From: Candidatus Obscuribacteraceae bacterium
Lineage (GTDB): Bacteria > Cyanobacteriota > Vampirovibrionia > Obscuribacterales > Obscuribacteraceae
Assembly: GCA_044226015.1 (NCBI GenBank)
Contig: JBGAHS010000010.1
Location: 32,001 to 96,000 of the forward strand
Reading direction: 5' to 3'
Length of the DNA: 64,000 bases
A model generated the notes under the pieces. It did not search any database and had not been told where the DNA came from. It saw nothing but the letters and a program-made list of their open reading frames with translations. Position numbers and translations under genes: made by a program. Each line of letters begins with the position of its first letter. The stretch's first letter is position 1. Positions 9,801 through 20,300 of the stretch are shown here, in pieces.

Positions 9801-10970
9801 CGCGGCGACTGCAGCCTGGTATATTTGCCGTGCTTCTTCTTTCAATGTTACGTCGCACTCGAACTCTTTGCCATTAACTATGAGGCTTGCTTGATTAACA
9901 GCAGCTCCGTGAGGCAACTTAATTCTTGTGCGAACTTCGCGGTCAAACTTGGAAACATTTTTGAAGTCCAAGAACCAATTGATCTGTGCGACTCCTGCGT
10001 CTGAGTCAACATTCGCTAGCATCTTTGACCTGCTAACAGAAAGTCCGCGCGATACGCCACTAACGACTTCTCCTGCGACATCTGGGTCAAGGTCAAATTC
10101 ATCGTCTGCGCCTTGATCCATGCCATCATATTTCAGGGTGCCCATGTGGTTCATGGTAGAGCGAGCCGACTCTGGAATAGGAAATGAGTTAAATGTCCTT
10201 CCTGTTGCCTTGTAGAATATAGCTCGCATGAGTTCGACATCGGCTGGATGGGAAACTTCATATAGAGAGCCAAGCACGTCAGTTGCGCGTCCTGAACGTT
10301 CATAACAGGCTCTCAGCATTACTTCCTGATTGCCGAAAGCACGAAGCAGGCTCAGTCCCTGTTCTTGCGAATCGGGCTGGCAAGCCATACCCATTGCCAC
10401 TCGTGTAACAGTAGATGGCAGTTCAACCGCAAGCACCGTAGCTAGTATCACAAGGTGTCCTGCATGAACCACTTGCGGAGGTTCAAAATAGCTGCCCATG
10501 CTCTTATGCAGCTTTTCTAATTTTTGACCGGACGCCCAGAGCGCTATCAACGAGAAAAATGGTGACAGTCCTAACAAGCCAAAGCCTAAGTAGACTATGG
10601 CGGCCGCAGACGCTGGCATAATCGGCAAAAACATCAACGTATATAAAATCGCGATTCCAACTGCCATGCCATTGGTGAAAAGCGCGAGCCCGTATTGCGA
10701 GCGAACATTTTGCCCTAGAACAAGCCATGAGAGTAAGCCTGCTATGGGGACAAGACAGAATATCAGGGTATGAGAATTGCTTGGGAATGGATCAAAAAAG
10801 TACTTTGCACAGAGGTGAAATTGCGTTTCGAAGAGCAGCGCCAGGGTAGGAAGAATCACTCCTGCGTATGCGAGAAAACGGGAAAATGCCATTCCCACTA
10901 ACGGCGGCTCTTTTCCCAATGGAGGAGCGCCCGTCAAATTAACGCTTCCAAGGTCTCGTTTCCTGAACAC
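6891..10970 (-). CDS. Multi-pass membrane protein with VIT (vault inter-alpha-trypsin) and vWA-like domains and a C-terminal membrane anchor
   Basis: About 5-6 N-terminal TM helices; VIT-like FKNVSKFDREVRTRIKLPHGAAVNQASL...ARQIYQ...NPLLV...VQCYPVPP; vWA-like MILVDLSNTM; terminal TM plus basic tail. Confidence 0.8.
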   Translation of the reverse strand: MFRKRDLGSVNLTGAPPLGKEPPLVGMAFSRFLAYAGVILPTLALLFETQFHLCAKYFFDPFPSNSHTLIFCLVPIAGLLSWLVLGQNVRSQYGLALFTNGMAVGIAILYTLMFLPIMPASAAAIVYLGFGLLGLSPFFSLIALWASGQKLEKLHKSMGSYFEPPQVVHAGHLVILATVLAVELPSTVTRVAMGMACQPDSQEQGLSLLRAFGNQEVMLRACYERSGRATDVLGSLYEVSHPADVELMRAIFYKATGRTFNSFPIPESARSTMNHMGTLKYDGMDQGADDEFDLDPDVAGEVVSGVSRGLSVSRSKMLANVDSDAGVAQINWFLDFKNVSKFDREVRTRIKLPHGAAVNQASLIVNGKEFECDVTLKEEARQIYQAAVAAKQNPLLVSQCGKDTVLVQCYPVPPGEALQLHLGVVSPVELRKDMKGAMALPQFEERNFQINVPYSLKVEANHEITAQLGQLKNEKQKDKFILSGDLEPAALATGNGIITFDRDKKQEFWTTDIFATGEYARRLQIAKEKAMASNNSISDGVPGVSAGSSPGYEGSGGVAVAPSGGETNPPAVGEDSPPCYGEASPPSVGIDSPTSVGEASPPSIGEAAAPSGSGTAAGVGTTRVISDGPTSGVVIQVDPEEVVSSPAAVPTIAVAPAIAPAIAPAPGVKSATPSHSGREPRIFEKIVDAPSSKPSSLMILVDLSNTMADHLKGIVSSLKNLPSDLYVQVVCVEDGGPSSLNSSWIKAGSAEFQNVLQKLSEKKCIGGQTDSALNTMLSACEPGAGVLWLHGPQPFGMQILDLDSQSVARYNRATNRVDVRTKKLFDMQVASGPNAFLDGVTSASLITVPRFSSVENDLNLLFENWKKPGSTKEFQFSTRGNSANETAVSFLGGTVSSHIDNSAISRQTNTELNARQTNKPQLNASQTQMYQLAQLYAVSQINNYLQNHNEAAALNLAAKYHLVTAVSSAVLTDTVSELDRLSCPASEPSNDLIHQFFNLSSQIQNDRAFAAARNAASTLGVLTNGSGLGLTGCSSLSGSMSDNNIDAKGEPKSFDTIVNQLNRLNSVTSQPEPSYVREEKVARRAAVNSIALPESSSSFSAKGQVSSLKADAPMPAAGPTAINEQSDKLSFGSRHALRQISARRKAMSDESRLSKQKTASLDALDGATNGTISPFDSFNKKEVAMKDMAPVVTDSRMPVSEEMDMTSNRIVAAGGGAAGAGGASSVGGDAFSTGVSDAGQSAPGCAIAPVEAGKFRGFSSAVNLPQRNSEMPSTPCVEFKSGKEFNPIGSMQAVAPDSATDPTVISGVNTAGTVLTESNEIVGLFWTYLTKYWFAFAGMFIFIYSLTKMTMEKLGIKDK

Positions 10971-11337
10971 AGCTAATCCTCCAGCCCCACAAAGCAGTTA
11001 TTCCCTATATATGGATTTATGCATTGTAATTCTGTCGCTCGATACTTTCAAACATAAGATGGATGTTTGAGATTTGGCAGAATGGATAGAGCTTTACCAG
11101 GGAAAACCCCATGGTGTTTGAAGACTAACGCTCACAAACCCTCGGCGGTTTGCAAAAGGCTCGACCGACGGGTGTGTTGACAAGGTGTTCTCAAGGGGCT
11201 GCTTCGCATTCCTGCCTGCCTTTTGTTCGTTAACTTATTCCTGCTAATTCAAGACCAATCCGGCTAACGCGATATACACTAACAATTCGGTTACCATTGC
11301 GTCCGCGTAACGGGCAATATCTTCGAGGCGAGCGAAA

Positions 11338-14300
11338 GTGAACATGTTAAATGAAGGAACTCTGCACAGAGCGACTCCCGTCTGGGCAACAGTGTTGGCT
11401 ATCGCCACGGGACAGCTATTCTCGCTGGGTGCGGAAGCTCAAGGCGTTCGCCCTGGGACGATGCAGCCAACGCAAAATAACGCTGCAGCGAGTTCCGGGT
11501 CGTCTGCGCTCAAAGATTTCAATCTCGCAGCAACAGTGCCCATCGTCCATGCAACAAAATCGGGAACAATACAAATTGGTGGCACTGTATCAAATGGTGT
11601 CATTTCTGGTGGCGTGCCACTAAACATAATTGCGGGTCAGGCTTTAACTCCAGCTATGAATGCCGCACTCTGGCAAACGGCAACGCACGGTACGCAGAAT
11701 CTTCAGCTCAATTCTTCAGGCGCTGCGATGGCTGGTTCTGCAACCTTGAACTCTTCATGGGCTGCAAATCTTACTTCGCTGGTGGTACCAAAAGGAGTCA
11801 CTGTCAACGCCATCAATTTCACAGCATCAAGCCCTCTCAATGTTGCAAATGCAGCAGATATTTCGGGGTCTGTTTACGCTTTGCAGTCTCATCCAGGAAT
11901 GACAGCTGCTCTGAATTTCAACAGCGATTTGCATCTCGGTGCAGGCGGGCTGCTTTCCACAAATCTTCCGGCAAACTCCAATCTGGCTGGGCTTTATTCC
12001 TCGCAAAATCTAACACTGAGTGTGGGCGGCAACCTTGTTAATCAAGGACGCATTGACGTAGCGGGAACTCTCTCGGCAACTGTATCCGGCACTATCAGCA
12101 ATGTCTCTGCTGGCTCGTCCCTTGCGTCGCTAGTTGCACAAAATATAAATCTCACAAGTGGAACTGGAACAATCATCAACTCTGGTTTAATTAGTGCGTT
12201 GAACTCATTGAATATTGATTCTCCGGACCCGGCTGTCGATCTGAATATTTCAAATGCTGGCGGTGTCTTGCAGGCTATAGGCACACGTAATCCGCTCACT
12301 GGTCTTTTAGAGGGCGGAGCTCTAAATATTAGGGCCGATGGTGCAGCCGTTGAGGCTGCAAATGTTCGAGTTTTAGACGGGCAATTGCGAGCAAATGATG
12401 GAATAAATGTCTTTGGCAAAAACATAAACATGTTCACTGACATGATTGATGGAAGAGTCAACATAAAGGGCTCTGCTGCTCATCTTGGCGTTGCAAATGG
12501 CGAGCTTATTTTGGGCGATCAAATCTTGAGCGGTGACCCAACATATTCAAATGCCAATGGCAATATTGTCATTGATGGAACTTTCACCACTTCTTCCGCA
12601 AACCCTGACCTCGCGATAATTGCTGGTGGCAACATCACAGATACAAATTCCGGTTTGCCATTTGGGCTGAATTCCACTAACGGTGGCTCGCTGCTCTTAG
12701 CCGCTGGTGTTTCTGGGATAAGCGCCAATTTAGTCAATGACACAACGACGACTATTCTTTTCGTTACCACGCCCAATACAACAACCGGCGGTGGTAGCAT
12801 TATTTTCAGTGGCATGCTCAAGAATGGAATAAACACTTCAAGCGCGGGCAACGGTGGCAACGTCACCTTACTTGCGCTTCAGGGTACTAATCCAACAGCC
12901 GGTCGTATTGATCTTCAATCTGGTGGGATCAATGTTAGTGGCAGTGGCTCCAACAATAATGGCAATGTGACTATCATTGCTAATGCTGCCGCCGGAAGTT
13001 CTGCAATTCAAAACATAGGACCCATTAATGCGTTCGGAACTGGAAGCGGAAGTGTTGTTATAAGTGCTTCCGCTCCCGCATTCGGCCCTGTAGTTGTTAA
13101 GAATGGCGCCATCACAGCCGGTACCATAACAGCCAGTTCTCTGTCTGGTGGTTCCATCAGTGTTGGCGGTGATATCAACTCGACAGGTAGTGTCAAAGTA
13201 CAGTCTAATGGACCCATCAGTGTACAGAACATAGGTTTGTCTAACAGCCCTTCAACAGTCCAAATTCTTTCGTTCGGCGACACTGTTTCTGCAAAATCCA
13301 TAAATAGTACCGGTGCTATTTCGGTCGGAACGATTGCTTCAAAGGGTGTGACTCTCACCGGAAATTTGACCTCACTAACTGGTGACATTAGCGTCGTCTC
13401 GGGCTCTGGAGGAATTGATGCTTCCTCTAGTTCCGTCACTACTGCAGGCTCCGTAATAGTTAGCTCTGACTCAGGTGATGTCAGCATTGGGACAATCAAC
13501 AACTCTACAAGCACTAGTTTCGCCCCAGTAAATGTTGTTTCATCAACGGGTAAGACTACAGTCGGTGCCATCAACAGTGCTGGTGGTGCCGTGTTAATCG
13601 GGAATGCTTTTACTGCTAGCACGGGAGTTGTGCTCAACGGTGACATTGTGAACACCAAGGCTGGTACTGGTGGCGTGGTGACGGTTGGCACTGCAACTGG
13701 CGGTATAGCTGGTGCAGGTCGCAGCATCACCACTGATGGTGCCGTCACAATCCTAGCCGTGAGTACCAGCTCCAGTGGTGATGTCGCCATTGGTGACATC
13801 TTCAATGCACCCGGTAAATCCGCGACAGTTCAGATTGATGCAAGTTCGGGAAAGGTCACAGTTGGAAACGTTGTAAGCGCTAGCTCTGTGAGGCTTGGCA
13901 ATATTAAAACGGGACGAGGCGTTGTATTGAATGGTGATATTTTAGCTGGCGATTCGGGATTTGGAGTCACAATCTACACGAGTACTGGAGGCATCGCCGG
14001 CAAAGGTCACAGCGTTACAGCAACAGGACCGGTCGAGATCATTGCTTCCGATACCAACAGCAGCGGTGCTATCAACATCGGTGCTTTGAATAATATTTCT
14101 GGTTCTGGCGACGTCTTAGTTGCTTCGAGTTCTGGTTCACAAACTGTTGGAGCAATTAACAGCAATGGACAGGTCACTGTCGGTGCGACTAGCAGCACCG
14201 GGGTCACACTAACTGGGGATATCAACTCAAGCAGCCTCCAGGGAGTGTCTGTCACGACTGGCACTGGTGGCATAGACGGCTCCGGCGCCAGTATAAATTC

Positions 14301-17300
14301 GAGCGGTGGCGTTTCCGTTTTAGCATTAAGTACCACCACTAGCGGTGCAGTAAGTGTTGCTAACGTCAGCGCTCTCAATGGAGACATATTCTTAAATTCT
14401 GCGTCGGGAACAGTTAAGGCCGCAGCTCTCTACGCAAGTGGCAACATTACGATTGGTGGAAATTCAACAGCAGGAATAACATTAACTGGAAATATTCAAT
14501 CGCTCGGCAATAGTGGCGTTCAAATTCTAACTGGCAGTGGAGGAATTTCGGGCGCTAATGCAAACATAAATGCAAAAGGAAATGTGTCGCTTTTTGCACT
14601 TAATAGCACTGCAAGTGGTCCTGTGAGCTTCGGTTCTATAGTCAGCCAGGGGGCAGCTGGTGTTTCGCTAACTTCGCAGACAGATACTATGACTGTTGGC
14701 TCCATCACCGCGAAAGGACAGGTCAGCATTGGAAGTTCTAGTTCTGCTGGTCTCACATTGAATGGAAATATACAAAGTGGTGGCATCAATGGAGTGCAGA
14801 TTGTTACTGGAACTGGCGGTATTTCAGCTGGAAATGCAAGCATTCAAGCCTCCGGTCCAGTATCAGTTCAAGCGCTGGATAAAACCATCAGTGGGAATCT
14901 AGCGATTGGAAAAATTGTAAGCAGTGGCGGCGCGTTTGATGTTAGCATCAGTTCGGCGAGTGGGTCCGTGAGCTCTGGCGGCGTGAATAGTTCCGGCAAT
15001 GTCTCTATTGGAAATTCTGGCACTGCAGGAGTAATTTTAACTGGGACGATTATCAGCGGTGGCTCTCTGGGAGTTTCAATCACAACGGCAACCGGAGGCG
15101 TTTCTGCATCAGGTCAGGATATAAACGCAGCGGGGTCCATTAGTCTATTTGCGCTGGATAAGTCAAGTAGCGGTTCCATCAGTGTAGGCAACTTGAACAA
15201 TATTCAAAGTGGCAGTGGAAATGTTCAGGTTTTTGCAGCAAGCGGGTCAATTCAAACTGCAGGAGTTTTGAGTGCTGGCAGTGTAACTATTGGAAGCACC
15301 GGAAGTAAGGGAATCAATATATTAGGAGATATCGTCAGCGGTTCAGCCACGGGAGTTAGTATCACCACTGGTTCTGGCGGCATTAACGCTTCGGGGCGAA
15401 CTATCACTGCTGCCGGTCCCGTGCAGGTTGTTGCAACTGAGAAAAACACAAGTGGCTCGGTTAGTGTTGGGAAAATAGATGCATCAGCTGCTGTCTCTGC
15501 GGCTGCTGTCTTAATAAATGCTCAGGGTGGTTCTGTAGGCTCAGGCGGGGTTGTCACCGCAGGGGATGTGTCCATAGGCTCAAACAACAGCAGCTCAGTT
15601 TCGCTTATTGGTGATGTGAATTCCCAGGGGACAAACGGTGTCACCATTCTTGCGGACTCCGGAGCCATTTCAACCGCTGGTGTCAAAATTAACGCTGATG
15701 CAGGCGTCTTCATAGGCATAAACAAGGGTACTGTGAACGTGGGCGGCATCACCGCTGGTGGTGATGTTAATATCGGTAATTCTTTCAGCGGCACGGGAGT
15801 GACTCTTTCTGGCGATATCACCAGTGGTGGCGCAGCTGGCGTCAGCATAGGCACTGCTACGGGTGGCATCAGCGGACCCAGCGCTAACATTAATGCTACA
15901 GGTCCTGTTTCAATAATAAGTACGGACTTCAACAATAGTGGCAATCTCAGCTTGGGTTCGATAAGTTCTGGGGCAAGCGTCCAGCTCAGTGCTTCATCAG
16001 GAACGATAAAGAGCGGCTCCATTTTCGCAGCTGGGGATATCTCTATTGGCAATACAGGCGGTGCAAAGGGAATTACCGTAAACGGATCCATTACAAGTCA
16101 GGGACTCAATGGGGTCGTAATTAATACATTCACGGGCGGTATAGTAGTTGGTGCTGACATTAGTTCTGCTGGGCAGGTTGTTGTTGCTGCATTGTCGAAC
16201 ACCAATAGTGGAGCCGTCACTGTAGGGGCAATCACTAATAACGCGGCGGTACAAATAGACTCGTCGTCTGGCACTGTGACTAGCGGAAGCATTACGAGCT
16301 CAGGTGATGTTAGTTTGGGTAATCTTAAAGGCGCGAAAGGCGTATTCATAAATGGCGACATATACAGCACTGGTTCCAACGGAATCCAGATTTCTACAAG
16401 TAGCGGTGGCGTAGATGGCAGCAATGCAAATATTTCTGCAACGGCTTCGGTCTCGGTTCTTGCATCTGCCAACCTCAACAGCGGCGCGATAAAAATCGGC
16501 AGCATTTCCGCGTCAGGCACTAATTCATCCATACAAATTGATTCTTCAAGCGGAACTGTTAGTGCAGGTAGCCTGAACGCTGTTGGCAATGTTTCGGTTG
16601 GAAACATCACCAACGGGAAGGGAATCACTTTGAATGGTGATATCAGTGCTGGGCTTAGCGGCGTAAATGTATTTACTGGCAGCGGCGGCATCGCTGGAAG
16701 CAAATCAAACATTGTTGCAACTGGTCCTGTGTCTATTCTCGCGTCCGACAGTTTCAACAGTGGCTCCGTTGCCATAGGTTCTGTCAGCACGACTGGAGCT
16801 AAGTCAGATGTGCAAATCGTCTCCCAATCTGATTCCGTAACCGCCGGCGCTATCGATGCGGACGGCAACCTTTCTGTAAGAAGCATCAGTGGCAAGGGTG
16901 TCACACTACTGGGAAATGTAAGCAGCAATGGACTTGCAGGTGTGATTATCACAACTGGAACTGGAGGCATAGCAGCTGCAAATTCTTCAATAAATGGGAC
17001 AGGACCTGTTGTTGTTTCCACGGCCGACTCAATAAATAGTGGTGCCATTAATGTTGGCCCAATCATAAGTAATGGCACCGTAACACTCGATTCGAAAAGC
17101 GGTACCATTAGTTCCGCCGGCATCCAGAGCGGTGGTGCTGTTACCATAGGGAATTCAATTTCAGGAAAAGCCGTAAATATTACTGGCGTGGTGACTAACG
17201 TCCTGGGGACTGGTGACATTAGCATCAGCACCGGCAATGGTGCCATCAGCAGTAGCGCTGACATCATTGCAGCGGGTGCCCTCAATGTTACAGCAATAGG

Positions 17301-20300
17301 TAGCGTATCGATTAGCGGGATGGCAGCTTCGCAAAAATCTGACATCACTATAATCGGGCAGTCAGGCTTCGGATTAAATGCAGTATCGCTGGGCGATTTA
17401 AGTGCAACTGGTGCAATCACGGTGACGGCTAACGGTGGTGGCAACCTCGCAATTAATGCGACAACGGTTCAGTCCGGAAAATCCGCAACGTTTTCGGCAA
17501 CTTCCGTTGGAGCCGTTAATTTCAATGGCGGTTCTATGAACTCTGTCGATTCTTTAACGTTTAATGCTGGTGCTGTCAATATCGGTGCTTTCTCTGCTGT
17601 TAGTGCGAGCAACGGTCCAATAACTTTTAATTCCGATCGCGTAAGCATCGGATTGTTGGCGACCGTAACAGCTCCGCAAATCAACTTCAATGGACAAACC
17701 CTTGATGGAACAGTTGCAGCTAATTCCAACATGTCGCTAAGCAACTCTGGAACTGTTCAGTCTACGAACGGAGACATAACCATTGCTTCCGCTGCAGGCC
17801 AGGATTTAAAATTGACTGGAAATGGTACTGGAAAATTTGTGGCGCCGACTTCAACGCTAATCAATAATACAGCTACTGTCTCAGGTACGCGACCCACTCC
17901 AGCAATGATTCTTGGACCCGGTAACCAGGAATTCGTTGTTGGTGATGGTTTAAGTCCAGGCGGATCCGTTGCATTTAATGCGGGATCAATCACGATTAAC
18001 CCTGGCGTGAACTATTTGTTCAGCAATGATTTCAGTTCTGTTCAATTGAATACCAGCAAACTGAGTGGCAATCCGGCTCAGTTTGTAATTCATCCAAATG
18101 GTGGCAACCCTAACTCGAAAATTACCGTCGTCTCTACTGGTGGTGGCACGATAGCGAACAGTGCAGGACCTGTCAATCTCGGATCTTTTGATTTGAATTT
18201 TAGCGGTCCGCTAACGATAATTTCTTCGTCCGATATAGTCTCTGCTGGACCTTTGACCATTCGCCTGTCGGGGACAGGGGCAGACATTAATCTGATTGCT
18301 GGTTTTGATTTCTTGCCTGCTACATCGGGGCAAGAAGGTCCTGATTCAAAAACACGATTGGTGAGTGGTATTAGCACTGGTGGCTCTATAAGCCTTGGCT
18401 TGGTGAACATTCAGGCAGACAGCTTTGGGGCTGGAAACATTTTTGCAGTTGCTGGAAATGGTACTGTCTCTGGGACTGGCGCGATCTCTCTAGGCTCTTT
18501 GAGTTCTGGTGGAACCCAGGGCTCAGGAGGCAATGTACGTTTGCTAGGAACTACGATTTCGGTGGGTGCTATCGACACCAGAGGACCTGGGGGCGCTGGC
18601 TCAGTCATTGTACAAGCGGCTAATACGATCTTCGGTGGTGGCATCATTACTGCAGGACAACTCAGTGGCTCCTTTGTCGGTACAGGTGTTGGCGGTGCTG
18701 TCAATGTATCTGATATTCAAGCTGGAACTAACAGCGTAAGTTTGACTGGGCAAACGGTGAGTTCATCCGGAACTATTAGTGCTGGAGCTCTCACTGTACA
18801 GGCGTTTTCTACTGTGAATCTGCCAAGTACACAGATTGGAAAATTTACTGTGTCAACCGCCGGAGCTGTCACCATCAACAACAATGGAAATCTCATACTC
18901 AATTCAGTTAGCTCACGCGGATTAACTTTGCAAAATGCAGGAAATGTTACGCTCGCTGGAGCCCTCACAAATACAGGTTTAACCCCTGTCAGCCTCATCC
19001 TGAGTTCCGGCACGTTTTCTAACAATGGAAATGTGCTGAGCAATGTCTCAGGTGATGTGAATATCACTGCTGACGATATCAACTTGACTGGCAGTATTTC
19101 TATTGCTGGACAAAAGGTTGTTCTGCAACCGTATACGAGTACCCTGCCAATCGTCATTGGCACAAAAACGGGACCCGCACTGGCAATATCAAATTCCGCT
19201 ATTTCAAGTCTTGTCGGTCAAATAACTATCGGTTCCAAGAATTCAACTGGAGGGATAAGTGTCAACTCTCCGTTGACTCAGTCGAATACCATTATCTTGA
19301 ATTTAGTGCAGGGTGCGGTCAATGGAACCGCGTTTGCACAAAATGCTGCAATAAACCTTACCGGAGCTGGAAGCATTCTCTCGGTAAAAGCTGATTCAGG
19401 CACTCTCAATGTTGGTGCTGTCAGCAATACCACTGGATTCGTCAGCTTTACCACTGATGGCGTCGGAAGTAGCATAGTTTTGACAGGGGGATTCCCCGCT
19501 GCCCATGGCATCACACTTGATGCCAAAACTGGTACCCTTTCAGGTTTGCCTCAAAGTCCGGCGCTTATTACTCCGCTTAGAGACGCAAGTGGCAATGGTG
19601 GAACTCTCTTCTTGAGCGCTTCCAATCTTGCAAGTCAAAACCTTAACGTTGATGTTAGTGGAACGGGCACTGGTGATGGTGGCTTGTTCTCTTACAATAA
19701 TTATTCAACGTCGACTTTCAATCTAAGTTCTGCAGACTTGCAGGTGAATGCCAGCGGCGTCAACGCTGGCACAATCGGCATCAGCAGCAGTGGGAACCTC
19801 ACCATCAATACCAGCGGTATGTTCAATTCTGGTGCGACTGGTTCTGGTGTAAATAAAGGACGCGGAGCCACGTTTAACTTCTTAGCCGGATCTTCAGCAG
19901 CAGGCAACTTGCAGATCATTGGCAGCTTGAATGCTAATGGAGTTGGCACAGATGGTCAGGGGGGCAGTATAACTCTCAGATCTAACAGCCCAACAGCATT
20001 TAATATTGGCTCTACTGCGGCTTCCAATACCAACGGTATAAAAGGAACGCTGACCGTGTTTGGTTCTGGAGCTTCCGACGGAAGCATCTCAGTGTACAAC
20101 AAGGGTGGCGGAATTATCAGTTCCACTCAGGCACTCACTGCTGTTAGGACTCTCATATTCGACACATCTGGAGCTAGTGCTGGCACCATCACCATTGGCA
20201 AGGCTCTCGGAAGCAGTTCGACCGATTCAATTACCCTCACCGCTGGTGGTACCGGTACCATTTTGCCGGGAGCTAATCTCATAACAGGCAGCACCGTATC

